Shown: positions 47,901 through 57,453 of the stretch, one piece after another
Position numbering within the stretch: the stretch's first letter is position 1
Layout of the letters: each line of letters starts with the position of its first letter
NCBI GenBank assembly: GCA_003139095.1
Contig: PLHW01000026.1
Location: 13,602 to 77,601 of the forward strand
DNA from: Acidobacteriaceae bacterium
GTDB taxonomy: Bacteria > Acidobacteriota > Terriglobia > Terriglobales > Acidobacteriaceae
Direction of reading: 5' to 3'
Length of the DNA: 64,000 nt
Program-made: the position numbers and the translations under genes
The notes under the pieces: model-generated
Databases searched by the model: none
What the model was told of the DNA's origin: nothing
The model's input: only the letters and a program-made list of their open reading frames with translations

Positions 47901-47927
47901 AGACGCCGATCCCTGCGTCTGATTTTG
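47901..47927 (+). terminator. possible terminator after the HIT gene
   Basis: AGACGC (47901-47906) / GCGTCT (47915-47920) with an 8-nt loop, then GATTTTGG. Confidence 0.45.
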
Positions 47928-47980
47928 GCCGCCCGACGGCCCGCAGCGCCGCCATTTCCTTCCTGTTCTACAATTGGCAG

Positions 47981-48181
47981 ATGGCAAATCTGACTTTAAT
48001 CTATGGATTGCGCCTGCTGCCCGCCGAAGACGTTGCGGAAGTCGGCGACGCGATCGTCAAATTGAAAAATGGCCGCGAAGCCAGCGTTACCATGCACATT
48101 ATCGAGGGGGGCAAGGAAGAGATCGAAAAGCAGCTCAAAACCAGCCTCTCCGCCTTTTTCGATTTCTATCCCGAAATCTGA
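47981..48181 (+). CDS. small hypothetical protein (66 aa)
   Basis: ATG ORF MANLTLIYGLRLLPAEDVAEVGDAIVKLKNGREASVTMHIIEGGKEEIEKQL.. There is no clear SD, but the sequence is protein-like. It lies directly upstream of the PP2C gene. Confidence 0.4.
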   Translation: MANLTLIYGLRLLPAEDVAEVGDAIVKLKNGREASVTMHIIEGGKEEIEKQLKTSLSAFFDFYPEI

Positions 48182-48265
48182 CCGGGCGTTGCTGCCGTGG
48201 GGCGGCACTGCTACATCCGGCAGCGCGTGGATTCAATTCTGCACTAACATCGGATCTGCACCGTC

Positions 48266-50473
48266 ATGAGATTCATCCCCCTGGAACTCGAGAGCACCCT
48301 CCGCCAAAAGGGCGTCTGGCCAGAGAGTCGCCTGGCATGGGCATCGCTCTACATGATCGCGCTCGATCTGCTCCTTTTCGCGGTGCAGTTGCTGACCCGC
48401 AGCGTCCTTCCGCGCGTATCGGCCAGCCTCGAAGGCTGGGTAACCTCCCTCAGCATTCTTGCGGTCATCCTGTTCATGATTGCCGGTGCCCGCCGCCTGC
48501 GCGTGAAATTGTTGTGGCGGCTGCGCAATCGCCTCATCGTCACCTACGTTTTCATTGGCGTCATCCCTGTTTTTCTGCTGGTCGTAATCTCCATCATCGC
48601 TCTCTATCTTTTCGCCGGACAATTCGCGAGCTTCGTCATCACCTCCGATATCGCGACGCACTTGCGCAGCATGGAGGCCTCCAATCACATCATCGCGCAC
48701 TCGCTGGCCAATCAATCCCTCAGCGGCCTGCGCCTTGACAGCGGCGTCGTCGGTCTCGCCCGCCCGCGGCGCCCCGAGTGGTCGCGCCGCCAGGTCTGCG
48801 TCTGGTATCGCGACGAGGTCCAGCCCAATTGCTCCGGTCCCGAAGGCGCGATACCCTTCGACTCACCCGCCTTCATCACCGCTGATTTTCGCGATATCGT
48901 CCGCGATCATGAACGGCTCTATCTGCGCGTCGCCACCGCGCCCGTTGCTGCGCCGGAAGCGCTCCGCGTCATCACCAGCGAGCCGCTCGACAAAAATCTG
49001 GTGCAGGAAATCGCCGGCGATCTCGGCCAGGTCGTCGTTTCTCCCAACGCCAACGCCTCGCAGTCGTTCTTGTCAATTCGAAGCGAGCAGACAATCGCCG
49101 CCGGAAACAAAGCCGGCAGCAATGAAAAAGACACTGGAAACGACCGGGCCGGCCAAACTTTCTCCGCCGGAACCATTCCTCCCGCCGAAAACTTCTTCGA
49201 CCGTCAGGTCGCCTTCCCTATCCCGCTTCAAGTCGTCGATTGGTCCACCGGAGAGCGCCAGCGCGCCGGCGCCTTGGCGCGCGTCGAAACTCGTCCCTCC
49301 GTTCTCTACGCCCGCCTCTTCGCCGCCCTTGGCGATTACGCGCAGGGCGTCGAATACATCCTCTTCTCCATCGCCATCGTCTTCGCGGTGATCGAGCTTT
49401 TCGCTCTCTGGATCGGCACGCGCCTCACCCGCAGTATCACTTCATCGGTCGCGCAGCTTTATCAGGCAACCACTCACGTGAACCGCGCCGACTTCAGCCA
49501 TCGCATCACCGTCACTTCGCACGATCAGCTCGCCACCCTCGCCAACTCTTTCAACTCCATGACCGCCTCCATCGAGCGCCTGGTCCAGGAGCAAAAAGAA
49601 AAACAGCGGCTGCAAAACGAGCTCGCCATCGCGCAGGAAGTGCAGGCGCAGCTCTTTCCCAAGGAAATCTCACAGCTCGAATCGCTTGAAGTTCACGGCT
49701 TCTGCCGTCCCGCCCGCACCGTCAGTGGCGATTACTACGATTTCCTCACGCTCAATTCCGGCAAGATGATCCTCGCCGTCGGCGACATCAGCGGGAAAGG
49801 AATTTCAGCGGCGCTGATGATGGCGACCATCCACTCCGCTGTGCGCGCCTACAGCATCGAGGGCATTCCGCTTCTGCGGCAGGCGGAGTCCGCGCTGCAA
49901 TCCAGCCACGGTGGAGATTCCGGCAGTTCGATCGTCGCGCACCGCGAAGCCGCCGCCAGCACGGGATTCCGGCGCGGCGCGGCCCTCAGCGAAATCCCCG
50001 GCGCCGAAGTCTCCCCCGCCGTGCTGCTTGGCCTGCTCAATCATCAACTCTACGAGAGCACGCCCGACGCGAAATACGCGACTCTATTTCTCGCCATCTA
50101 TGACAGCGCAACCCGCCGCCTCACTTATTCCAATGGCGGCCACCTTCCGCCCATCCTTCTTTGCCACGACGGCTCCGTTCATCTTCTCGATTGCGGCGGA
50201 TCGGTGGTCGGCCTCATCGACAATGTCGATTTTCGCGAAGCCACCGTCGAACTTCATCCCGGAGATTTGCTGGTCTCCTACACCGACGGCGTGACCGAAC
50301 CCGAAAATGATTATGGGGAATTCGGCGAGGAGCGCCTGATTCAACTCGTTCGCGAGAATCGGCATCTTCCCTTGCCGCGCATCACTGAAATTGTCACCGC
50401 CGCCGTCGACGACTGGATTGGCGATAACGAGCAGCCCGACGACGTCACCCTCGTCCTCGCCCGCGCAAGGTAA
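48266..50473 (+). CDS. membrane HAMP-domain PP2C/SpoIIE-type serine phosphatase
   Basis: Several N-terminal TM helices. HAMP (..LTRSITSSVAQLYQATTHVNRADFSHRI..), a coiled coil, and PP2C motifs (SGDYYDF, VGDISGKG, YSNGGH, SYTDGVTE, DDVTLV). Confidence 0.85.
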   Translation: MRFIPLELESTLRQKGVWPESRLAWASLYMIALDLLLFAVQLLTRSVLPRVSASLEGWVTSLSILAVILFMIAGARRLRVKLLWRLRNRLIVTYVFIGVIPVFLLVVISIIALYLFAGQFASFVITSDIATHLRSMEASNHIIAHSLANQSLSGLRLDSGVVGLARPRRPEWSRRQVCVWYRDEVQPNCSGPEGAIPFDSPAFITADFRDIVRDHERLYLRVATAPVAAPEALRVITSEPLDKNLVQEIAGDLGQVVVSPNANASQSFLSIRSEQTIAAGNKAGSNEKDTGNDRAGQTFSAGTIPPAENFFDRQVAFPIPLQVVDWSTGERQRAGALARVETRPSVLYARLFAALGDYAQGVEYILFSIAIVFAVIELFALWIGTRLTRSITSSVAQLYQATTHVNRADFSHRITVTSHDQLATLANSFNSMTASIERLVQEQKEKQRLQNELAIAQEVQAQLFPKEISQLESLEVHGFCRPARTVSGDYYDFLTLNSGKMILAVGDISGKGISAALMMATIHSAVRAYSIEGIPLLRQAESALQSSHGGDSGSSIVAHREAAASTGFRRGAALSEIPGAEVSPAVLLGLLNHQLYESTPDAKYATLFLAIYDSATRRLTYSNGGHLPPILLCHDGSVHLLDCGGSVVGLIDNVDFREATVELHPGDLLVSYTDGVTEPENDYGEFGEERLIQLVRENRHLPLPRITEIVTAAVDDWIGDNEQPDDVTLVLARAR

Positions 50474-50634
50474 TCGCTCTCGAACGGCAAAAAATGCCGC
50501 GCGAATCGCAGAGCGTTCTCACAATCCCCGGTGACTTAGCTCACATTCTTCCGCACCCACTGTCACTGCTCTGGATCGATTTTCGGACTCTAATCATTTC
50601 GGACAGGTGCAACAACGCCTGAGAGGTTCCACTC

Positions 50635-50883
50635 ATGCCTAGACAAGTAACGCTGGTGAAGTGCCCGGTCTGCGAAGGACTTGGCGAGTTGTCGCCACGC
50701 GGCCTCGTTGACCAATTCACGAATCCCAACCTCCGTGAGCGCCTGGAGGCCCGCATCGCGGAAGTCTGCCAACTGCTGGACTCTCCCGATGACGAATCGA
50801 GAGGCAAAGTCCTCAATTTTCAAAAGGAAGTTCACAACTGGAACCCTGCGCTCGCCATCTGGCGTCGCAGCTCGAAAGAGTAG
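50635..50883 (+). CDS. small hypothetical protein with CxxC (82 aa)
   Basis: SD GAGAGG. MPRQVTLVKCPVCEGLGELSPRG.. No family recognised. Confidence 0.45.
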   Translation: MPRQVTLVKCPVCEGLGELSPRGLVDQFTNPNLRERLEARIAEVCQLLDSPDDESRGKVLNFQKEVHNWNPALAIWRRSSKE

Positions 50884-51062
50884 CAGCGGGCAGCCGCCCC
50901 ATCCGGCGGCAAGGGCCCCGGGACATTCCGGAATCGGTTTTACGGCGGTAGTTTCCTCCTGGTCCTTACGCCGAGGGCGGCAAAAATCGAGAAGAGAAAT
51001 CCGCCGATCTGCGCCGCCCCTTATTCCGCATTACTGCAATTATTCTCTGACTTGGCCGCGCT

Positions 51063-53165
51063 TCATTTCTTCGCCGCCGCCTCAATCTCCTCCACCACGC
51101 GCTGGAAGTGATACACCTTGTTCAGTCCCTCTAACAGCGCCCGGCTGTCCACCGCGACCGCCCGGTTCTGCTTCGCATCGTAGCCAAAATCTCCGCCCAG
51201 CGAAAAAATATTCCCGTCGAAAATCAGCCCGATCACGTTCGCCTCCCGGTCGATCAGCGGACTCCCCGAATTCCCTCCGATAATATCGTTCGTCGTCGAC
51301 AGGTTCATCGGCAGCGACAGGTTCAGCGACGACTTCGCCTTCACCCACGACTCCGGCAGCTTATACGGTATCGCTCCTGTCGCCCGCTCAAACAGCCCGC
51401 CCATCGTCGTGTACGGCTCGACAAATTTTCCTTCCGCATCTTCAAATCCCTTCACACTCCCATAACTAAGGCGGGCGGTAAAGGTCGCGTCCGGATCGAC
51501 GCTGGTTCCGTACACCGCAAACCGCGCCTTCGCGATACGCTCGGTCGCCGTCCGCGTCGGCGCATCCACCCGGGATTCGTACTCCTTGCGCACCGCCAGC
51601 AGATCGCCATTGATCGCGGCCGCAAAAAGGATCATCGGATCGTTCGATTTCGCCACCGCGCTCTCTCCGCCGTTGTACAGCTCCATGCGCAGTTTCGGGT
51701 CTTCCAAATGCGTCTCGCTGATCAGCCGGTGCGCTAGTTCTTCCGGCGATTCCTTGCCCAGCATCTTGCGCACAAACGGATCGTCCGTCCCCAGGTCCCG
51801 CCGGATCGTCGTTAAAAGAAATGCCAGGTCCAGCTCCTCGAGATCCTTGTATACCGGCACCGCAGCCGACAGATCCTGCTGCACGTGCACCAGGCTCTGA
51901 TCGGTGAACTCAGGCAGACGCTCGGTATTCGGCTTGCCGCGCTCCGTCGCCGCCCGCACCAGCGTCATTGCCCAGCCCAGCAGCCCCGATCGAAAACGCC
52001 GGTCGGTTAGTTTTGTTCTCCGTGTATAGAGTTGCGCCCGTACGGTTTCAATCTGCGCGATCTGGTCCCACGCCGACGCGTCTCCGGCGATCTTCGGATC
52101 GGCTGCGACCGCTGCCCGCAGCTTATTTTCCTGCTCCCGCTTGATCGCCATAAACTGCCCGTCCAGCAGCGCTCCCTGCCGTCCAACGTTGGCCTTGAAA
52201 GAATTTTCCGTAAAGAAAAGATCGTCGTTCGCCTCGCGGGCCTGTTCCGCTCCCCGCGTCATGAACTGTTCGAGCTCCCCGCGAAACTCCGCGCTCTCCG
52301 GCAGGACAAACGGAAACACCTTGTCGCGCAGAAAATCCAGCTCCGCCATCGTCAGTTGTCGGCTCGTGCCGCCCGGATTCCCCGACACGAAAACCAGATC
52401 TCCATCCTTCGATCCATTCTTACTCCAGCGCAGATAATCCGGGCTGGCCGCCGGCTTGCCTCCCTCGTACGCCCGCAACAGCCCGATATCGAAATCGAAG
52501 CGCGGAAAGTTGAAATTGTCCGGATCGCCGCCAAACTGCGCCACCCAGAATTCCGGCGCAAACACCAGCCGCACGTCGTTATAGCGCTTGTAGTGATACA
52601 GGTCGTAGACTCCACCGTGATATAGCGCCACCACGTCGCAGCGTACGCTCGCGTCCGAGCCGCAGCTCTGCTGTAACTCCGCTTCCTTGGCGTGCAGCGC
52701 CTTGTTGGCGGCATCGCCCGTCTTGCCCGCCATCGCGCCCTGCACTTCCGCCGTCACATCCCGAATCTCGACCAACTGGTCCAGTTCGAACGCCGGACAC
52801 TTCCGTTCCTCGGCCTCCTTCTTCGCCACAAAGCCGTCATCGACAAAGTTCTGCTTCGGCGTCGAAATCTCCTCCACGCAATCCACCACGCAGTGGTGGT
52901 TCGTCATCACCAGCCCCTGCGGAGAAATAAACGATGCCGAGCATCCGCCCGCAATACGCAGCGACGACAGCCGCACATGATCGAGCCACGCCTGCGATGG
53001 CGTGAAGCCGTATTTTTCGCCCACCACCTTCGACGGGAAATTATCGAACGTCCACATCCCCTCATCCGCGCGCGCCAGTTGCGTCCACGCCGCGCACAAT
53101 AACACCACTCCCCCAAGTACCACCGCAAACTTCCGTTGCTTATGCTTCATTGGCATAGAGTTCAT
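51063..53165 (-). CDS. S46 family dipeptidyl-peptidase (DPP7/DPP11-like)
   Basis: Trimmed to the ATG at 53165 (SD GAGGAAG). After the signal peptide, DEGMWTFDNFP. His region TNHHCV, ..GGDPDNF.. and Ser region GGNSGSP. Confidence 0.9.
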   Translation of the reverse strand: MNSMPMKHKQRKFAVVLGGVVLLCAAWTQLARADEGMWTFDNFPSKVVGEKYGFTPSQAWLDHVRLSSLRIAGGCSASFISPQGLVMTNHHCVVDCVEEISTPKQNFVDDGFVAKKEAEERKCPAFELDQLVEIRDVTAEVQGAMAGKTGDAANKALHAKEAELQQSCGSDASVRCDVVALYHGGVYDLYHYKRYNDVRLVFAPEFWVAQFGGDPDNFNFPRFDFDIGLLRAYEGGKPAASPDYLRWSKNGSKDGDLVFVSGNPGGTSRQLTMAELDFLRDKVFPFVLPESAEFRGELEQFMTRGAEQAREANDDLFFTENSFKANVGRQGALLDGQFMAIKREQENKLRAAVAADPKIAGDASAWDQIAQIETVRAQLYTRRTKLTDRRFRSGLLGWAMTLVRAATERGKPNTERLPEFTDQSLVHVQQDLSAAVPVYKDLEELDLAFLLTTIRRDLGTDDPFVRKMLGKESPEELAHRLISETHLEDPKLRMELYNGGESAVAKSNDPMILFAAAINGDLLAVRKEYESRVDAPTRTATERIAKARFAVYGTSVDPDATFTARLSYGSVKGFEDAEGKFVEPYTTMGGLFERATGAIPYKLPESWVKAKSSLNLSLPMNLSTTNDIIGGNSGSPLIDREANVIGLIFDGNIFSLGGDFGYDAKQNRAVAVDSRALLEGLNKVYHFQRVVEEIEAAAKK

Positions 53166-53383
53166 ATCTTCCTCTTGTACCGGATTATCTGGAGCCGAAT
53201 CGCCACGCACCTCGCAAGGAATTCGCTCTCACGAATCTTCGCGATTCATGGCTGTTCATTAGACGCATCGCGTGGGAAATAAGCGGAGCGCGGCTCGCTG
53301 AAGGGCGGGATTTTCGCCCCAAATATCATCATCCCCGGGGCACTTGATCGTCAAGGACAGAAGCCCCAAAATCCGCCCTCATC

Positions 53384-53419
53384 GCAAGAAAGCGCGGGAA
53401 GGATCGCTCCCTCCCGCGC
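53384..53419 (-). terminator. terminator-like hairpin downstream of the gdhA fragment
   Basis: GCGCGGGAAGG (53392-53402) / CCCTCCCGCGC (53409-53419), 11 bp with 1 mismatch. On the minus strand it is followed by TTTCTTGCG. Confidence 0.55.
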
Positions 53420-53446
53420 CGTCTCAACAAAACTTCAATCACAGAT

Positions 53447-53553
53447 TGTTTACACCAGCCCCTGATCCAGCATCGCGTTCGCGACCTTCAGGAAGCCGGC
53501 AATGTTGGCGCCATTCACATAGTTGCCCGGCGTACCGCACTTCTCGGCCGCTT
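53447..53553. repeat. direct repeat copy A (gdhA 3' end, 107 bp)
   Basis: Aligns base-for-base with 54656-54762 (offset 1209), with 4 mismatches by eye. Confidence 0.9.
53450..53553 (-). pseudogene. gdhA 3'-terminal fragment (last ~33 codons plus stop)
   Basis: Translates to ..AAEKCGTPGNYVNGANIAGFLKVANAMLDQGLV*, versus ..AAEKYGTPGNYVNGANIAGFLKVANAMLDQGLV* in the intact gene. No upstream coding continuation. Confidence 0.85.
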
Positions 53554-53624
53554 GATAGGGTTCCGGGCGGAGGTCAAAGTGAGCGAAACGGCGCTCTCGC
53601 TTTCCGCCCGGGCCTCGTCGTCAG

Positions 53625-53780
53625 TCAATCCGTCAAGGTTGCCATCACGCGACTGCATGGCTGGTGATCGCGAACTACCGGAAAATCCACTTCCCGTTTC
53701 TGTTTGTCCCGCAGATAATGCGACTCGAAGTTGCCGGGGCCGAGATCGGTCCAGCGCCAGCTGCGAGTGAATATTCGTTC
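53625..53780 (-). pseudogene. relic of a DUF4143-type AAA ATPase C-terminus
   Basis: The frame reads ERIFTRSWRWTDLGPGNFESHYLRDKQKREVDFPVVRDHQPC.., then a stop. From memory this matches ..WTDLG.G.FEL.YLRDK.KREVDFLVVRD.KPWFLVEVK. It is bounded by stops on both sides. Confidence 0.45.
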
Positions 53781-53812
53781 AACATGTCGGAGACCGGGTC
53801 GCCAACTTACTG

Positions 53813-54361
53813 CTAATTGGTCGGTATCGGGGGAGCATTGGTAGCGGCCACTACAGTCACATCGTCGAGAAAATATGTCCCCGTCAAATTCTGGCCGCTG
53901 AATGAAAATGTCGTGCTATTCGACGTCGCCTTCGCCAAGAAACCATATTCCGTATAGGGTACGTCCGCGCCATAATCTGACCAGCTGATTTGATTATTGC
54001 CAAAGGAGACCGTCAGACTACCACCTCCCGCACAGTTTCCCGCCACCCAGAAACTAACCCTGTACGACTGACCCACGGTCGTCGGCACGGTTTGCGTAAC
54101 TGAGCCGTACGGCCCATCTTGTCCCAGGCGGTTGACGAAGGCGGCCCAATCTCCCGTGTGCGATGCGTTCCCGCACAACGGATTACCGGGCGGGGCCTCG
54201 ACGACCCCCGCTCCGTTCACAAACGTCCAGTCCGCACCTCCCTCTTCGAACCCAGGATCCTGAATCAGATTTTGGGCTGCCGCATTGAGTGGTACGAACA
54301 ATGCGATCGCCAGCACGCAAATAACAACCGTCCTTTCCAGAGCACCTTGTGATCGGAACAT
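53813..54361 (-). CDS. secreted carbohydrate-binding-module-like protein (182 aa)
   Basis: Signal peptide VVICVLAIALFVPLNAAAQ. NLIQDPGFEEGGADWTF...GQSYRVSFWVAG...TFSFSG...YFLDDVTV is typical of CBM4_9/DUF642-type jelly rolls. Visibly more A/T at third positions than neighbouring genes. Confidence 0.7.
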   Translation of the reverse strand: MFRSQGALERTVVICVLAIALFVPLNAAAQNLIQDPGFEEGGADWTFVNGAGVVEAPPGNPLCGNASHTGDWAAFVNRLGQDGPYGSVTQTVPTTVGQSYRVSFWVAGNCAGGGSLTVSFGNNQISWSDYGADVPYTEYGFLAKATSNSTTFSFSGQNLTGTYFLDDVTVVAATNAPPIPTN

Positions 54362-54596
54362 ACTGCCTCCCTAGATATTTACTTGAGTAGACATCCGTGA
54401 TCGAGCGGCAGCTTGTGGTCTTTCCAACCTGCCGGGGCCGGACACCAGCGCCATCTGGCTATACCGGCGAACGTGATCCGCGAGGATATTGACGTGTAAA
54501 TTCGGGCACGTGCTGCGTCAGCATTATCGCGCAGATCGTAAAACAGTGCAGACCATTTTACGATAACCGCGAAAACAGTCCAGCACCGGGGTCGCG

Positions 54597-54635
54597 CGCA
54601 AAACAAATTCGGGACCCCTTGCGAGGTCCCGAATT
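54597..54635 (-). terminator. Rho-independent terminator of gdhA
   Basis: Perfect 11-bp stem AATTCGGGACC (54606-54616) / GGTCCCGAATT (54625-54635) with an 8-nt loop. On the minus strand it is followed by TTTGTTTTG. Confidence 0.85.
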
Positions 54636-54655
54636 CTTACAACCATTCCGCCTGC

Positions 54656-54762
54656 TGTTTACACCAGCCCCTGATCCAGCATCGCATTCGCGACCTTCAG
54701 GAAGCCGGCAATGTTGGCGCCATTCACATAGTTGCCCGGCGTGCCATACTTCTCGGCCGCTT
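54656..54762. repeat. direct repeat copy B (3' end of the intact gdhA)
   Basis: Partner of 53447-53553. Confidence 0.9.
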
Positions 54763-56056
54763 CCAGACAGCTCTTGTGAATCGAGATCATGATCTTGTGC
54801 AGCCGATCATCAACCTCTTCGCGAGTCCACGAAATGCGCGCGCTGTTCTGCGCCATTTCCAGGCCCGACGTCGCCACGCCGCCCGCATTCGCCGCCTTCG
54901 CCGGTCCATACAGGATTTTGTGCTCGAGGAACAGCTTCGTCGCTTCGAGTGTGCTCGGCATGTTCGCGCCTTCGCTTACTACCTTCACGCCATTCTTAAT
55001 GAGGTTCGCCGCATCTTTCGCGTTGATTTCATTCTGTGTGGCGCTCGGGAACGCGCAATCGGCCTTGATGTTCCACAGCCAGTTGTGGTCGAGCTTGCGG
55101 TCGATCGGGTTGTACACGGCCTTCTTGTATTTCTCCGCATACTCCTTGATGCGCCCGCGGCGATTGTTCTTCAGGTCAATCACGTACGCCAGCTTCTCGC
55201 GATCGATGCCGTCGGCGTCATAAATCGCGCCGTCGGAATCCGACCAGGTCACCGGCTTCGCGCCCAGGTCAAGCAATTTCTCGACCGTGTATTGCGACAC
55301 GTTGCCGCTGCCCGAAACCAGACATACCTTGCCTTCCAGCTTGTCTTTCTTCGTCTTCAGCATTTCCTGTGCGAAATACACGCAGCCATAGCCCGTCGCT
55401 TCCGGACGAATCAGCGAGCCACCCCAGCCCAGGCCCTTGCCTGTCAGGACGCCCGTGAATTCATTCCGCAGCCGCTTGTACTGCCCAAACATGAACCCGA
55501 TTTCGCGTCCGCCCACGCCGATGTCGCCGGCCGGTACGTCCGTGTCCGGCCCAATGTGCCGGCATAGCTCGGTCATAAAGCTCTGGCAGAACCGCATGAC
55601 TTCGTTGTCACTCTTGCCCTTGGGATCGAAATCGCTCCCGCCCTTGCCGCCGCCCATGGGCAGCGTCGTCAGCGAGTTCTTGAACACTTGTTCGAACGCC
55701 AAAAACTTCAGGATGCCCAGATTCACCGACGGGTGGAATCGCAGTCCGCCCTTATAGGGCCCGATCGCGCTGTTCATCTCAATGCGGAATCCGCGATTTA
55801 CCTGCACCTTGCCCTTATCGTCAAACCACGGCACACGGAACATCAACACTCTTTCGGGTTCGGTGATACGTTCCAGAATCTTCGCTTCCTGGTATTCCGG
55901 GTGGCGCTCCAACACGAGCCGCAAGGACTCGAGCACTTCGAGCACGGCCTGGTGGAACTCCGGCTCGGCTGGGTTTTTGGCTTTTACGAGGTTGAGAATT
56001 TGATTGATATAGTCCGCCGCTGCATTCTTCTTCGGCGGTTCCATCACTGCAGTCAT
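54659..56056 (-). CDS. gdhA: NADP-specific glutamate dehydrogenase
   Basis: Trimmed to the ATG at 56056 (SD GGAGG). ..EPEFHQAV.EVL.SL.., KGGLRFHP, catalytic-Lys region LPMGGGKGGSDFDPKGKS, and Rossmann GSGNVSQY. Confidence 0.95.
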   Translation of the reverse strand: MTAVMEPPKKNAAADYINQILNLVKAKNPAEPEFHQAVLEVLESLRLVLERHPEYQEAKILERITEPERVLMFRVPWFDDKGKVQVNRGFRIEMNSAIGPYKGGLRFHPSVNLGILKFLAFEQVFKNSLTTLPMGGGKGGSDFDPKGKSDNEVMRFCQSFMTELCRHIGPDTDVPAGDIGVGGREIGFMFGQYKRLRNEFTGVLTGKGLGWGGSLIRPEATGYGCVYFAQEMLKTKKDKLEGKVCLVSGSGNVSQYTVEKLLDLGAKPVTWSDSDGAIYDADGIDREKLAYVIDLKNNRRGRIKEYAEKYKKAVYNPIDRKLDHNWLWNIKADCAFPSATQNEINAKDAANLIKNGVKVVSEGANMPSTLEATKLFLEHKILYGPAKAANAGGVATSGLEMAQNSARISWTREEVDDRLHKIMISIHKSCLEAAEKYGTPGNYVNGANIAGFLKVANAMLDQGLV

Positions 56057-56274
56057 AGGCTTGCCTCCATGTTTCTTACGACTGAACCGATTTGTCGATT
56101 TTTGTTCGTAGACCAGAACGTTGAACGCCGCTGGAAATGCGGCCATCTCTATTCAATGCCCGATGGGGACGCTCTGCCGTGACTTCTATCACCGCAATTC
56201 GTGATGATTGGGCGGACGGCCTGTGCGTTAATCACGTAGTACCTTGCAAGTGCCATAAAGGGCCGTGTTTTAGC

Positions 56275-57387
56275 TTACTTCCCGCCCTTCGCCTTTACAA
56301 TCGTTACCTTCCCGGTTACCCGCTGGCCCTTTTCCATGCCCCCCACCAGCGCCAGGCCCTGGCTGGTCACCAGCAACCCGCGGTGATCCATCGTCGGCTC
56401 CGGCGTATTCTCCTCCACCGTTTCCCATTTTTCCGCCCGCACGTCGAACGCAAACGTCATCGCCGATGGTTCTGCGGTCTGACCGTCATACCCCACTCCG
56501 TTGTAGTCGTAAGGATTGCCCGTGCCGCCGGAAAAATAAATCTTCCCGCCCTTTTTCTCCCGCGGGTCCGCCCCCGCTCCGATCCGAAACCGCGCAGTCC
56601 CCGGATGCGCCGGCAGTTTCGTCCACTCAATTTTCGTGATGTCGCCCTTCTTCGACCGCGGCAGCCTCCCCATCCAGCACTCGCTCCGTGCCACGAATTT
56701 CGGCCCCTTCGCCTCCGGATTCCTCACTGCCCCATCCACATACACAATCGTGTCGCCCGAAATCGCACCCGCATGTCCAAACACCGCGGTCGGCATCGGA
56801 GTCGCCTGCATCCACCGATCCTCCAGCGTGTCGTAGACCTGCACGTTCCCCACCGCCTCGCCCTTCGACCGTCCACCAATCACATAAATGTAGCGCTCGC
56901 GAAACAGCCCCACCACCGCATCTTCCACCGGAACCGGAAGGTCCTTGCCCCGGTAATAACGGTCCTCAAATGGCACATACACGTTGACGTCGCCGAGCGT
57001 CGTCTCCTGGCCTTTATCGTCGAGAACGTATCCGCCGAAGATAAAAACCTGTCCCCCGATCGCCACCGCCGAGGCCCCCAGTCGCCCCGCCACTCCCGGC
57101 ACGGGACGCTTCTCCGCCCACGTTCCCGCCCTCACATTCAGTTCGTACGCGCGCGTCGTAACCGCATCCCATGTCTTCTTGGGTCCAATCCCCATGAACG
57201 AAAAAATCCGTTGCCCCACATCGCCATAAGAGATCGCCACTGCATTATTAGAAACGGCCATCGGCAGCGGCGGTCCCTCCGCCGGTTCCGTCGCCAAGAG
57301 CACCTTGTCAGTGAAAAGAAAACAGAGAAGAACTGCTAATAGCGCCGCTTTCACCAACCCAGATTTCATCGCATGAGTAGAATGCAT
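56275..57387 (-). CDS. secreted Kelch-repeat beta-propeller protein (NanM/galactose-oxidase-like fold)
   Basis: Signal peptide. Repeated ..IF.FGG / ..IYVIGG / ..IYFSGG blades with the Kelch Gly-Gly and Trp pattern. ATG at 57387 or 57369. Confidence 0.8.
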   Translation of the reverse strand: MHSTHAMKSGLVKAALLAVLLCFLFTDKVLLATEPAEGPPLPMAVSNNAVAISYGDVGQRIFSFMGIGPKKTWDAVTTRAYELNVRAGTWAEKRPVPGVAGRLGASAVAIGGQVFIFGGYVLDDKGQETTLGDVNVYVPFEDRYYRGKDLPVPVEDAVVGLFRERYIYVIGGRSKGEAVGNVQVYDTLEDRWMQATPMPTAVFGHAGAISGDTIVYVDGAVRNPEAKGPKFVARSECWMGRLPRSKKGDITKIEWTKLPAHPGTARFRIGAGADPREKKGGKIYFSGGTGNPYDYNGVGYDGQTAEPSAMTFAFDVRAEKWETVEENTPEPTMDHRGLLVTSQGLALVGGMEKGQRVTGKVTIVKAKGGK

Positions 57388-57453
57388 GGCCTGAAATCAT
57401 AGCAGCGAAACGCGCTCAATAATCCGTGATCAACGCAGCCGTGATCAGAGGGC

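Noticed and set aside
54379-54606. 75-aa minus-strand ORF upstream of the CBM-like gene
   Set aside because: It overlaps the gdhA terminator hairpin and the promoter region, is Trp/Arg/Cys-rich, and has no SD. Probably non-coding. The 9-bp inverted repeat ATCGTAAAA/TTTTACGAT (54535-54564) inside it may be regulatory, but I cannot support this.
56137-57339. 400-aa plus-strand ORF. Similar long ORFs occur at 5598-6446(-), 6639-7340(-), 17229-17903(-), 17919-18908(-), 18611-19933(-), 13560-14246(-), 54776-55567(+), 36890-37858(+) and 62109-62945(-).
   Set aside because: Each is antisense to a gene with unambiguous family motifs (Kelch, dnaB, thrS, EF-G, GH3, gdhA, TonB-like, sulfatase). All are Arg/His/Pro-rich with no motifs.
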